This document shows positions 38,134 through 51,788 of a DNA stretch of 64,000 bases, piece after piece. The first letter of the stretch is position 1. Each line of letters begins with the position of its first letter. The DNA comes from Octopus sinensis (Eukaryota). The notes beneath the pieces were generated by a model. The model was not told where the DNA came from. It saw nothing but the letters and a program-made list of their open reading frames with translations, and made no database searches. The position numbers and the translations under genes are program-made. The stretch is taken from contig NC_043025.1 in NCBI RefSeq assembly GCF_006345805.1, positions 12,710,001 through 12,774,000 on the forward strand, in the 5' to 3' direction.

Positions 38134-41100
38134 GAGAATTCATCTACTAAGCAATTGCCCCAGCTTCCCTTCAGGGTTGGCGAAAGCGATGTGGTGGACA
38201 ATGAAAAACCTGGCTGATGACAGTCAAGGCTGATCTGGAACCCAGCCCACGAAGCAATTGCCCCAGCTCCCCTTCAGGGTTGGCGAAAGCGATGTGGTGG
38301 ACAACAAAAAAACCTGGCTGATGACAGTCAAGGCTGATCTGGAACCCAACCCATGAAGTAATTGCCCCAGCTCCCCTTCAGGGTTGGCGAAAGCGATGTG
38401 GTGGACAACAAAAAACCTGGCTGATGACAGTCAAGGCTGATCTGGAACCTAACCCACGAAGCAATTGCCCCAGCTCCCCTTCAGGGTTGGCAAATGCGAT
38501 GTGGTGGACAACGAAAAACCTGGCTGGTGACAGTCAAGGCTGATCTGGAACCCAACCCATGAAGTAATTGCCCCCCAGCTCCCCTTCAGGGTTGGCGAAA
38601 GCGATGTGGTGGACAACGAAAAACCTGGCTGATGACAGACAAGGCTGATCTGGAACCCAACCCACGAAGCAATTGCCCCAGCTCCCCTTCAGGGTGGCGA
38701 AAGCGATGTGGTGGACAACGAAAAACCTGGCTGATGACAGTCAAGGCTGATCTGGACCCAACCCACGAAGCAATTGCCCCAGCTCCCCTTCAGGTTGGCG
38801 AAAGTGATGTGGTGGACAATGAAAAACCTGGCTGATGACAGTCAAGGCTGATCTGGAACCCAACCCACGAAGCAATTGCCCCAGCTCCCCTTCAGGTTGG
38901 CGAAAGCGATGTGTGGACAACGAAAAACCTGGCTGATGACAGTCAAGGCTGATCTGGAACCCAACCTATGAAGCAATTGCCCCAGCTCCCCTTCAGGGTT
39001 GGCGAAAGCGATGTGGTGGACAACGAAAAACCTGGCTGATGACAGTCAAGGCTGATCTAGAACCCAACCCACGAAGCAATTGCCCCAGCTCCCCTTCAGA
39101 GTTGGCGAAAGCGATGTGGTGGACAACGAAAAACCTGGCTGATGACAGTCAAGGCTGATCTGGAACCCAACCCACGAAGCAATTGCCCCAGCTCCCCTTC
39201 AGGGTTGGCGAAAGCGATGTGGTGGACAACGAAAAACCTGGCTGATGACAGTCAAGGCTGATGTTGAACCCAACCCACGAAGCAATTGCCCCAGCTCCCC
39301 TTCAGGGTTGGTGAAAGCGATGTGGTGGACAACAAAAAACCTGGCTGATGACAGTCAAGGCTGATCTGGAACCTAACCTACGAAGCAATTGCCCCAGCTC
39401 CCCTTCAGGGTTGGCGAAAGCGATGTGGTGGACAACGAAAAACCTGGCTGATGACAGTCAAGGCTGATCTGGAACCCAACCTACGAAGCAATTGCCCCAG
39501 CTCCCCTTCAGGGTTGGCGAAAGCGATGTGGTGGACAACAAAAAACCTGGCTGATGACAGTCAAGGCTGATCTGGAACCTAACCCACGAAGCAATTGCCC
39601 CAGCTCCCCTTCAGGGTTGGCAAATGCGATGTGGTGGACAACGAAAAACCTGGCTGGTGACAGTCAAGGCTGATCTGGAACCCAACCCATGAAGTAATTG
39701 CCCCAGCTCCCCTTCAGGGTTGGCGAAAGCGATGTGGTGGACAACGAAAAACCTGGCTGATGACAGACAAGGCTGATCTGGAACCCAACCCACGAAGCAA
39801 TTGCCCCAGCTCCCCTTCAGGGTTGGCGAAAGCGATGTGGTGGACAACGAAAAACCTGGCTGATGACAGTCAAGGCTGATCTGGAACCAACCCACGAACC
39901 AATTGCCCCAAGCTCCCTTCAAGGTTGGCGAAAAATAGTGGTGGACAACGAAAAACCTGGCTGATGACAGTCAAGGCTGATCTGGAACCCAACCTATGAA
40001 GCAATTGCCCCAGCTCCCCTTCAGGGTTGGCGAAAGCGATGTGGTGGACAACGAAAAACCTGGCTGATGACAGTCAAGGCTGATCTAGAACCCAACCCAC
40101 GAAGCAATTGCCCCAGTCCCTTCAGAGTTGGCGAAAGCGATGTGGTGGACAACGAAAAACCTGGCTGATGACAGTCAAGGCTGATCTGGAACCCAACCCA
40201 CGAAGCAATTGCCCCAGCCCCTTCAGGGTTGGCGAAAGCGATGTGGTGGACAACGAAAAAACCTGGCTGATGACAGTCAAGCTGATGTTAACCCAACCCA
40301 CGAAGCAATTGCCCCAGCTCCCCTTCAGGGTTGGTGTGAAAGCGATGTGGTGGACAACAAAAAACCTGGCTGATGACAGTCAAGGCTGATCTGGAACCTA
40401 ACCTACGAAGCATTGCCCCAGCTCCCCTTCAGGGTTGGTGAAAGCGATGTGGTGGACAACAAAAAACCTGGCTGATGACAGTCAAGGCTGATCTGGAACC
40501 TAACCTACGAAGCAATTGCCCCAGCTCCCCTTCAGGGTTGGCGAAAGCGATGTGGTGGACAACGAAAAACCTGGCTGATGACAGTCAAGGCTGATCTGGA
40601 ACCCAACCTACGAAGCAATTGCCCCAGCTCCCCTTCAGGGTTGGCGAATGCGATGTGGTGGACAACGAAAAACCTGGCTGATGACAGTCAAGGCTGATCT
40701 GGAACCCAACCCACGACGAAGCAATTGCCCCAGCTCCCCTTCAAGGTTGGCGAAAAAATGTGGTGGACAACGAAAAACCTGGCTGATGACAGTCAAGGCT
40801 GATCTGGAACCCAACCTATGAAGCAATTGCCCCAGCTCCCCTTCAGGGTGGCGAAAGCGATGTGGTGGACAACGAAAAACCTGGCTGATGACAGTCAAGG
40901 CTGATCTGGAACCCAACCCACGAAGCAATTGCCCCAGCTCCCCTTCAAGGTTGGCGAAAAAATGTGGTGGACAACGAAAAACCTGGCTGATGACAGTCAA
41001 GGCTGATCTGGAACCCAACCTATGAAGCAATTGCCCCAGCTCCCCTTCAGGGTTGGCGAAAGCGATGTGGTGGACAACGAAAAACCTGGCTGATGACAGT

Positions 41101-41816
41101 CAAGGCTGATCTGGAACCCAACCCACGAAGCAATTGCCCCAGCTCCCCTTCAAGGTTGGCGAAAAAATGTGGTGGACAACGAAAAACCTGGCTGATGACA
41201 GTCAAGGCTGATCTGGAACCCAACCTATGAAGCAATTGCCCCAGCTCCCCTTCAGGGTTGGCGAAAGCGATGTGGTGGACAACGAAAAACCTGGCTGATG
41301 ACAGTCAAGGCTGATCTAGAACCCAACCCACGAAGCAATTGCCCCAGCTCCCCTTCAGGGTTGGCGAAAGCGATGTGGTGGACAACGAAAAACCTGGCTG
41401 ATGAGTCAAGGCTGATCTGGAACCCAACCCACGAAGCAATTGCCCCAGCTCCCCTTCAGGGTTGGCGAAAGCGATGTGGTGGACAACGAAAAACCTGGCT
41501 GATGACAGTCAAGGCTGATCTGGAACCCAACCCACGAAGCAATTGCCCCAGCTCCCCTTCAGGGTTGGCGAAAGCGATGTGGTGGACAACGAAAAACCTG
41601 GCTGATGACAGTCAAGGCTGATCTGGAACCCAACCTAGGCCCCCATATCTACGGCGTTCGCCGCTGGAATAAGGAGTGGTTGGAGATCACGCGGTTGTTA
41701 GCCTCAAATCGCCAGGCCTGGTCGGCGTTTGTGAGAGATGCAGCATTGAGGATGAATGAAGCCAGCTCAACCCACCCCGGGTGAATGCTGTCTCAAGACA
41801 AGACAAGAAGAGGAAA
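38134..41816 (+). mobile_element. 5'-truncated RTE-clade LINE whose ORF C-terminal segment is amplified as a tandem array
   Basis: After the array the frame continues ADLEPNLGPHIYGVRRWNKEWLEITRLLASNRQAWSAFVRDAALRMNEASSTHPG*, then a (caaga)n tail. ttaggcacag at 38124-38133 and 41817-41826 is a candidate target duplication. Confidence 0.88.
38148..41637 (+). repeat. 103-bp satellite-like array, about 34 units
   Basis: Unit spacing 39001 to 39104; unit encodes EAIAPAPLQGWRKRCGGQRKTWLMTVKADLEPN. Confidence 0.97.
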
Positions 41817-42575
41817 TTAGGCACAGATTACCTGCAGAACTAATAAAACCAAAACAATCCAGAGGAACATATAAAAATAGAATTGGATATCTTGAGTAAG
41901 CGAAACGAATACATACAAGCTTAAAAACCACTTATTATATTTTGTTTTAACTTGTGTCAGTCATTATGGACAGACAGACTGAGATAAGCTTCTCTGTTAT
42001 AATACAAGACTACCAAAAAAAAATAAATAAATCACCTCCTAAACATATCTTCAACTAACACTATCTCCTCCGAGACCCTGTGGCGTAAGTTGACCAAAAT
42101 TGAGAGTATGATAGAAGAAGGCTTGCTCTTCATTCCGTAGAAGAAAAAATTCAAATCGGACCATGTTAACGCCAAAAATTATTTACATCAAAAAGGTGCC
42201 TTTTTTTCTATGAAAATCCCTATTTTTTACGATTTTTTGACTGCTGTGTCACCATTTTTCGGTGTATTTCAACCAAAAAAATGTTCACTTAAAGAGAATA
42301 ACAAGCTACAGAATGCAAAATTTTTGCTTTTCAAAAATTCCAATTCTAAAGGGTCAAAACTAACCCAAGCAACGCCAGGCGATACTGCTAGTATATTTAT
42401 AAAGTCAGTCTATAAAATTTAGATTAACTAGGCGCAGGCGATGTGGTTGCTTCCCAATAACATCGTTCCGGGTTCAGTCCCACTGTGTGGCACATTGGGC
42501 AAGTGTCTTCTATGGCCTCTGGCTGACCAATGCCTTGAGTGAATCTAGTAAATGGAAACTGAAAGAAGCCCGTCG

Positions 42576-42616
<41 letters not shown>

Positions 42617-42834
42617 CCTCCACCACTGCTTGATAAGCAGTGTTGGTATGTTTACATCACTGTAGAGAGATCGATGAAGTATCGCAAGCCTTAACAAACA
42701 ACTAAAAATTTTTCAAGGTGGTGACCCAGTGGGGCCGCATTCTATACACAGGAATTCATACCATTATGCAAATACCAAACAAAAGATTGGGTAATTTAAG
42801 GGCGATTTAACTTATTTTTTTAGCATAAATCACG

Positions 42835-43189
42835 ACCAACTGACACCTTCCTCGTTTCTTTATTAATATATTTCTCCCCATAAACACATTTAATGGAATA
42901 ATGCGCCTAGGGGTGGCCCATTGCTGGCATTTAAGCAAAGAATTCAGACTGTCCTTCTTTTAATCTAATTACAAAACAGTAATTCGAAAAAGAGTGCAAA
43001 TTTTAGGATTTAGGGGGTGGGTATCAACAGGAGTGGCTGTGTGGTAAGTAGCTTGCTTACCAACCACATGGTTCTGGGTTCAGTCCCACTGCATGGCACC
43101 TTGGGCAAGTGTCTTCTACTATAGCCCTGGGCCGACCAATGCCTTGTGAGTGGATTTGGTAGACGGAAACTGAAAAGAAGCCCGTCGTA

Positions 43190-43228
<39 letters not shown>

Positions 43229-43625
43229 TTGTGTGTCTGTGTTTGTTCCTCTAGCATTGCTTGACAACCGATGCTGGTGTGTTTATGTCCCCGTTACTTA
43301 GCGGTTCGGCAAAAGAGACCGATAGAATAAGTACTGGGTTTACAAAAGAATAAGTCCCGGGGTCGAGTTGCTCGATTAAAAGCGGTGCTCCAGCATGGCC
43401 GCAGTCAAATGACTGGAACAAGTAAAAGAGAGTAACCATCACCTTCCTTGTTTCTTTATCAATATTTTTCTCCCCAGAAACACATTTAGTGGAATAATGC
43501 GCCTAGGGGTGGCCCATTGCTGGGATTTAAGCAAAGAATTCGGACCGTCCTTATTTTAATCTGATTCCAAAAAAGTAATTCGAAAAAGTGTGGAAATTTT
43601 AGGGTTTAGGGGGTGGGTATAAATT
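42835..43625. repeat. ~185-bp direct repeat pair flanking a SINE A
   Basis: caccttcc..gcgcctaggg(g)tggcccattgctgg..ttagggggtgggtat at 42845-43025 and 43440-43620. Confidence 0.82.
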
Positions 43626-43788
43626 TTTATTTTTTTTTATTTTTAAATAACCGTATGAATTCCCGTGTGTGCTAAAAACGACAGCTAAATCACCCTTAAC
43701 TCACACACTTTGAAAAAACTTTGAAAAGACTTTTTATTGCATAATCGTATGAGTTCCCATATAGAACACAAATTCGCAAAAACTTTTC

Positions 43789-44068
43789 GGCATTCTTTCG
43801 ATATAACTCGACAAAAAATCATAACATTTCACTCCGGGTATTTCCGTGGAAGCAAATGACAGTTCGATTCTGTTTTTCTGCTTGGAAATTTGCGAATTCT
43901 ACATAAACACACATGAAACAGGGAAGAACAAATATGCAAGGCTTTCTTTTTATTCAAGTATAAATCGAGACATTGCTGGCATAATTTCGTTATATCTCTA
44001 CTCCAAAATCCACGGAAACACCCGAAGTGAAATGTTTTGGTTTTGTCGAGTTATATCGAAGGGATGCC
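43789..44068. mobile_element. Mutator-like MITE (second copy 52113-52381)
   Basis: TIRs ggcat..ttcgatataactcgacaaaa; flanks aaacttttc / aaacttttt form a 9-bp TSD with one mismatch. Confidence 0.78.
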
Positions 44069-44129
44069 AAACTTTTTGAAAATTCCAAAAAATAAATTTA
44101 CGAGGAGTTATATAGGGCGCTTAAATTAG

Positions 44130-44610
44130 AGCAATCTTTCGTCTCTAGTAGACCTTTCCGTCGATTTCCGTAAATTTTTTTTTTTTTATATATATATGGG
44201 CTTGCGGGAACTTTTGAAGTAATATACATACATATACACACACATAGATACATACACACACACATGCATACATACATACACACATACACCGAGTAAAAAA
44301 TGTCAGTTATCTCTCTCTTTCACACATTACTCTGTCTCTTCACACACACTAACAGAAGCACTTCACTTACACAACATACTGTCTGTCTCCCACACCCCAT
44401 CAAACACACACACACACACACACACATGTCCATCAATGCTTGCCATGCACGGTAACTTCAAAAGAACTTCCCTCGTCATACGATCGCTTTCTCTTAGTCT
44501 CTTTCGCTCTCATTACTTCAAAAGTTCCCGCAAGCCCATATGTAGAAAAAAAAAAAGAAGTTTTTTTTACGGAAATCGACGGAAAGGTCTACTAGAGACG
44601 AAAGATTGCC
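44130..44610. mobile_element. Foldback MITE with ~90-bp TIRs (second copy 54278-54722)
   Basis: atctttcgtctctagtagacctttccgtcgatttccgtaaa..gggcttgcgggaacttttgaagtaat mirrored at the right end; internal sequences of the two copies near-identical; no clear TSD. Confidence 0.88.
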
Positions 44611-45289
44611 TAAATGGCGAATTCCGCCAGCTAAATATACGAATTCAAGTAAGGTTATGCCATATCTGAACAGCATATCAATGAAAATGATATTTTAGAT
44701 AAGTTATAGAGGGGTATTTAGCGGTCATATTGGTAATCAGAATTAAAAGTGAGGCGAAATTGAGAGCAAAAGCACTCGAAAAACACTAAATGATGACAAC
44801 AGGGAGAAGGGAGTCGAGAAGGCCTTCGTTAGGGGTTTTATGTATATAAGAAATGTAAACGGCGGTTAGAGAAACCGGGAAAAAACACACGTGGTCATGT
44901 CCCAAGGTCTGTCAGGGACGAAAAGGGAAAACCGCGCCATAAGAGATAAGATCGCTTTGACCTCAATTATACACACTGGATAATGTAGGTCAGGCGTTGT
45001 GTTTGTCTACACACACAAACATACATACATACATACATGCATATACACAAACACACACAGACAAACGGCTTTTGTCTTTTACTGGTTTCAGTCACCGGAG
45101 TGCACGGCCATGCTGGGGCACCGCCATAAAGAATTTTTTTAGTCGAACGAATAGACCCAGGTACGGTACTTATTTTTAAAGCCTGGTACGGTACTTACAT
45201 CGGATTCTTTTGCCGAACCGCTTGTTACAGGGAAGTAAACACACCAACACCGGTTGTCAAGCGGCGATAACGGACAAATACAGGAACAA

Positions 45290-45351
45290 AGATAGAAAGA
45301 TAGAAAAATAGATAGATAGACAGATATATATATAGATAGATACAGACAGAC

Positions 45352-45386
<35 letters not shown>

Positions 45387-45429
45387 TAGACAGACAGATA
45401 GACAGACATAGATAGACAGACAGACAGAC

Positions 45430-45472
<43 letters not shown>

Positions 45473-45519
45473 TAGACAGACAGACAGACAGATAGATATA
45501 TAGACAGACAGACAGATAA

Positions 45520-45555
<36 letters not shown>

Positions 45556-45636
45556 GTAGATAGATAGGTAGATAGATAGATAGATAGATAGACAGATAGA
45601 TAGATAGATAGATAGATAGATAGGTAGATAGATAGG

Positions 45637-45683
<47 letters not shown>

Positions 45684-45688
45684 GTAGG

Positions 45689-45732
<44 letters not shown>
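45290..45732. repeat. (GATA)n/(GACA)n tetranucleotide microsatellite
   Basis: Directly visible. Confidence 0.98.
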
Positions 45733-47229
45733 CTGACGATAGGCTTCTTTCAGTTTCCATCTACATAGGTGTGGCAATATAGGTAAGAAAATCGATATGC
45801 AACGAAAGCGTCTGAGGGGCTGACCCGGGCACCAAAACAAAAAAAAAATAGTGTAATATGTGTAAAACAACTTGCTCTAAACGAATATGACAAAAAAAAA
45901 TGCGCTCTCGAGAAAGAGGGGTGGGGGAGAGATAATGATGATAAAGAAATGAGTTGGATTTGAACTCAGAATATTGACTAACACAACTACATACTACAGA
46001 CTCAAAATATTCAGCCAAGTCACCACCCTTAACTAGCAATAATAATAACATCAATAACATAACAGCCAAAAGATTTATTTGTTCTGAAAATAACAATCAT
46101 AGTAAATAAATATGTTCTTTAATATCACATTCATGTGCACAGTTAAACACACTTGCATACAAACAGTCACGCATGCATAATACAGAACGGAACACATAAA
46201 TGAAGGATGCATTACTTAGTATATATTACATCTAGAGAATTTTGATTAATAAGTCAAATATGCAAATTATAAAGATAATTAATTGCTTTACTAAACAGTG
46301 TTGTAAAGGTGAAAGAATAAATTTGGGAAAAAAATACACGCCAAAACTAATTAATAAAGGATAATTAGGGAAGGATTGACACAAAATAATAATTTTTTCT
46401 GTCTCTTTTTTCTTAATAAGTGAGAAGAATTGCATATATCTGAACTATTTCAAAGAAAAGCATAAATTTAATGTTTAAAATAGCTTTAACCAAGGAATGA
46501 GATCCAACATTTCTTCACACTTTTTCCAGAATTTCTTCTCTTTATTTTTTTTTTTTTGCGAAATACGGAGTTTATGATTCATGTGTGAGTGTGTGTTCTT
46601 GATACTCGTTTAGAACAAGTAGTTTTACAACACCATTACACTATTTTTTCTTAGTTTAAAGGCCGTGGACTGAAGATGTGAAATTTCCGAAGCCTCTCCC
46701 CCACCCCTCTTTCGCGAGCGCGCATTTTTTTCATGATAGTCGTTTAGAGCAAGTTGTTTTACACATTACCTATTTTTTTTTTGTTTTGTGTGCCCGGGTC
46801 AGCTCCTCAGACGCTTCGGAACTTCCCGATGTGAATTTTCCGAGGCCTCTCCCCCACACCCCTTTCGCGTGCGCGATTTTTTTTTCATATTCGTTCATAG
46901 GAAGTTGTTTTACACCTATTACACACATTCTTTTTTTGATTTTCTGATATTTGTTACGCCCTATATTAACCGAGACGTGTAGATATAGACCCCAGAGACG
47001 TGTAGATATAGACCCCAGAGACGTAGATATAGACATAAATATATTGACAGACATATATTCAAACATTAAGACATAGACATGTATATTTTGGTGGCTAATC
47101 AAAGTGCTAGGTGCAGATATATACGAAGTTCTCAAACCCTGGAGTCACTTTGCAATAATTTTTGCTTCTATAATGAATACTATACGGTTATATAAACTAA
47201 CAAGTATTAGAGAGCAACGATCGAAATAC

Positions 47230-47600
47230 CTACATCTACAGCCATAAATCCAAAGCTATCGTTTCATCCCAGGCCAATGGTAGGAGATCAAAGAAGGAGC
47301 CACAAGTTCGCCCCTTTTGCACAACGAAACACACAATAAAGCCGTGACAGGAAATGAACATTTTTAAAAAAGTAAATAAATAACGCGCCATTTCCAGCCA
47401 AGTGTTCGGTTACAAAGTGGGGGACCAGCTGGGGAACTCCCGCCTCTTTTGTTCCGGGCTGAGTTTTCCTTATTTTCATTGGGTTTTTTAAAAAAGGGTT
47501 TTCGAATTACGTAGGATGACACTACTGCGACGTTCGGTAGTCTTGTCTCCGATTTTTTCATTAATAAATTGCGATTTTAACGGCAATTCTGAACGACTAA
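47230..47600 (-). promoter_or_regulatory. Candidate JADE first (non-coding) exon / promoter region
   Basis: Unique CpG-containing sequence, YY1-like AAATGGCG motif (cgccattt near 47386), donor gtag|gtattt at 47230/47229. Inference only. Confidence 0.3.
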
Positions 47601-48149
47601 GTTCTCCAAAATAGTTGATCACATACACACACAAACACAAGTATAGGATCTTTTCCTTTTGATAGACAGAATTCAACACAATTTCTAGCTAACTAAACAC
47701 ACTCTTGTGACCATCACTTTTAAGGGTTCGCAAGACATGGTCCCAAAACTCATTTTAAGTGTGGACCAAACGTAAGCTGTGTATAAATACACACGCACAC
47801 ACACGTGTGTGTACGCATAGACACGGGCCTATAAAATAATAATTTTTGTTCTCTCCTTTAATATTGACACAAAACGTTTAACAATTAGGGTTCGAACAAC
47901 CCCCACCTCTCCTCTGGAATATGTGAATGAGGGGAAGACCCTGGAAGAATTTCTGATATCTTAAAGAAAATGAATTTTAAATGAACTTCAACACTTAATG
48001 GGGTTTTCAACATTATTTTTGTTTTAATTTTTCAAACACACAGTAGGGCGTTCCTTTAATTAAGCTCATTCTTGTGATTAGGGTTATTATATATTAAATT
48101 ACGTAAATTAAAGTAATATTTTACATCTCAGAGAAGTAATCATAAACTA

Positions 48150-48525
48150 CAAACAATAACTCTGAGCACCTTTTCAAACTCCACCCATCTAACACATGTG
48201 GACATATTTACAAAGTAAGAAAACAGCACAGCTCCTTCCATGGCTTTAGTAAACATTTTTTCACGCTAAGAGTTGCTGAAGCATGGAACAAACTGCCGGC
48301 ATCAGTTGTTGGTTGTCGGAGCATTGCATCCTTGAAAACTTCCATGCTTCTTGAGATTCGCCAACACTACACCTGATCTTCTCCCCTCCATACACACACA
48401 CACAAGCATCTATCTGACTCATACACTGTTCACTTCCCAGACATTTCTACATCACTGCATATACTCCGACAAGTTGTGGTGCACCTGAGCACTGTATATA
48501 ATCATTTCATTATTATTATATTATT
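48150..48525 (+). mobile_element. CR1 LINE 3' fragment, single-copy version of the 123-bp array unit
   Basis: FFTLRVAEAWNKLPASVVGCRSIASLKTSMLLEIRQHYT* then 3' UTR and (att)n tail. Confidence 0.9.
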
Positions 48526-50869
48526 ATTATTATAACAAAAATTAATTAAAAAGTGCTTTTTTCCCCCTGCTAAATTGCCCTCAAATCACACTTTTTTTTC
48601 CCAATAATGGTATGAATTCCCATGAGTTTAACACAAATTTGCAAAATTTTCTGAAAATACCAAAAACTGAAGACCTTAAACTGGAATCCTCTTCAGAACT
48701 AATCAGAACCTACTGAAAGGTATTTACAGAAAATTCCATTAAAAAATATCTACTTTTCTACGACAGAGAGAGAGTAAACGAACTTTGGGTAAGCCCCGAT
48801 TCGTTTCGGTAATTCTGGAAAGCCAAGTTAGTTTTTTATGACATCTCTCATCATTAACTGAACACCAGTATCAATTTTTAATTGCGCAGCTTTCGTCCGT
48901 TTTACTTATATTTTTTTTTTTTTGACCTAAAGTTTCTCACAAATTCAACCCCGAATAGATCACACCAACACTCAATCCTCTCCGGAATAATTAAATCACC
49001 TCTAAATTAGGTAAATCGTGTTTCACTTACAACTTTTTCATTCAACAAGTGACCGACTTTTTTTTTTTAATTTCTGTGCAGACCTAAAACCTGGCGTGGC
49101 GCTTAAATTGAAGCCACGTTGAGGTTTACAGCGAAGAACATTTCATACAATGGTAATAGGGACATGAAAAGCAGTATTCCAAGGGGAAATGCAGGAGAAA
49201 CACGGGAGTACCCAAGAGTTTCTTGGAGGCATTGGCTGGAATATTCGTCTTAATCACGAACATTAAAAATACTAAATAAATATACATAAGAGTGGCTGTG
49301 TGGTAAGTAGCTTGCTTACCAACCACATGGTTCCGAGTTCAGTCCCACTGCGTGGCACCTTGGGCAAGTGTCTTCTACTATAGCCTCGGACCGACCAATG
49401 CCTTGTGAGTGGATTTGGTAGACGGAAACTGAAAGAAGCCTGTCGTATATCTGTATATGTATATTTATATATGCGTGTGTGTGTGTGTTTGCCCCCCTAG
49501 CATTGCTTGACAACCGATGCTGGTGTGTTTATGTCCCCGTTACTTAGCGGTTCGGCAAAAGAGACCGTTAGAATAAGTACTGGGCTTACAAAAGAATAAG
49601 TCCCGGGGTCGAGTTGCTCGATTAAGGGCGGTGCTCCAGCATGGCCGCAGTCAAATGACTGAAACAAGTAAAAGAGTAAATATACATAAGAGTGGCTGTG
49701 TGGTAAGTAGCTTGTCTACCAACAACATGGTTCCAGGTTCATTCCCACTGTGTGGCACCTAGGGCAAGTGTCTTCTACTATAGCCTCGGGCCGACCAAAG
49801 CCTTGTGAGTGGATTTGGTAGACGGAAACTGAAAGAAGCCCGTCGTATATATATGTGTGTGTGTATATGTATATATAGGGAGAGTTTACGAAAAAAAAAA
49901 GCAAAAGGCGAAGACAGGTGGAGTACAAAACAAACAGATGTATTAGTATAACGCTCAGGAATAGAAAAGGTCTTTTACGTTTCGAGCCTACGCTCTTCTA
50001 CAGAAAGGGACACAGAAAGAAACAAGGAGAGAATATATATATATATATATATATAGGCATTCTTTCGATATGAGTCCCATTTTACCTCACGTGTATTTGT
50101 TTACATTTGAAGAAGATCGTCACTTTCCATAAAATGTTTGATTTTTTATATATATGGGGTTAGTGGTGGGGGGAAGATTATCTTCTTTTCTTCAGAAATG
50201 TAAATAAACCCACGTGGGTTTATAAGTGACAGTTATGTTACTAGTACCGAATGATCGCCTATGTATGTATATATATATATATATATATAATGTGTGTGTG
50301 TGTGTATGTATGTGTAAATGAAAACATTACACCATTTGAAAGAAAACGTTTGACATGGGTACAGGATTGGCTGTGTGGTAAGTAGCTTGCTTACCAACCA
50401 CATGGCTCCGGGTTCATTCCCACTGCGTGGCACCTTGAGCATGTCTTCTACTATAGCCTTAAGCCGACCAAAGCTTTGTGAGTGGACTTGGTAGACAGAA
50501 ACTGAAAGAAGCCTGTCGTGTATATGTATATATATATATAATGATAAATCTCATATATATATATATATATATGTATGTATGTGTATATGTTTGTGTGTCT
50601 GTGTTTGTCCCCTCAACATCACTTGACAACCGATGCTGGTGTGTCTACGTCCCCGTCAGTTCGGCAAGAGAGACCGATAGAATAAGTACTAGGCTTACAA
50701 AGACTAAGTCCTGGGGGTCGATTTGCTCGACTAAAGGCGGTGCTCCAGCAAGGCCCCGAACTCAAATGACTGAAACAAAGTATGCATTGCTTTCGAAACT
50801 CCTTCTGCCAGAGATACAACAACAGAAACGATGTAAATATTTTGAGTTCCATTATTGATGTGAATATGT

Positions 50870-51525
50870 TAACATCATCATCATTGTTCGACCGTGGTCG
50901 AGACAATGGAATTTACCATGCTACGCCAGACTTCACGGTCCATCATGGCTCTACGGAGGTCCTGTTGCTGGATGCCTGTATCCCTGGAGATTACATCAGG
51001 GTAGGAGAGTGTGTGCCATCTGGTATTGCTTGCAGATGGCTTCCAGAGGAGAAGAGTAGAGATTACCTCTTTTTCAGCTCTACAACAGTGTCCAGCAAAC
51101 TGGACTCTCCTACCTTTCACAAGAGATGACACAGGTGGTAGTTTCCTATATATTTGTACTTTGGTTGGATGACGCTTCCACAAGAGAACCCTAACCCTAA
51201 CTATCATCATCATCATTGTTTGACAGTGGTCGAGACAATGGAATTTAACTTGCGACGCCAGACTTCATGGTCCATCATGGCATTACGGAGGTCCTGTTGC
51301 TGGATGCCTGTATCCCTGGAGATTACATCAGGGTAGGAGAGTGTGAGCCCTCTGGTATTGCGAGCAGATGGCTTCCAGAGGAAGAGAGTAGAAATTACCT
51401 CTTCTCCTACCTTTCACAAGAGATGACACAGGTGGTAGTTTCCTATATATTTGTACTTTGGTTGGATGGTGCTTCCACGAGAGATTTTGAGCTCTCATAA
51501 GGAGGCGAGTGTACGTTCCATCCAA
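50870..51525 (-). mobile_element. Two head-to-tail RTE-clade LINE 3' ends (~335 bp each)
   Basis: DGTYTRLLMRAQNLSWKHHPTK..RRVQFAGHCCR..LLLWKP..MMDREVWR..*, each followed by a (tga)n tail. Confidence 0.88.
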
Positions 51526-51731
51526 CCACCTCTCAAGCTTCTTTGATAACGTCCAGGTTAAAACAGTGCAGGAGTGGCTGTGTGGTAAGTAGCTTGCTTA
51601 CCAACCACATGGTTCCGGGTTCAGTCCCACTGCGTGGCACCTTGGGCAAGTGTTTTCTGCTATAGCCCCGGGCCGACCAATGCCTTGTGAGTGGATTTGG
51701 TAGACGGAAACTGAAAGAAGCGTGTCGTATA

Positions 51732-51788
<57 letters not shown>

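Noticed and set aside
38148-41637. CRISPR-like array or repeat-protein gene
   Set aside because: No unique spacers, eukaryotic context, no cas genes; the 103-bp unit shifts frame and hits a stop.
44611-44655. aaATGGCG..gtaagg as a plus-strand first exon
   Set aside because: The frame stops after six codons (MANSAS*) and it abuts a MITE end.
45139-45870. YLSI-repeat ORFs
   Set aside because: Translation of the (GATA)n tract.
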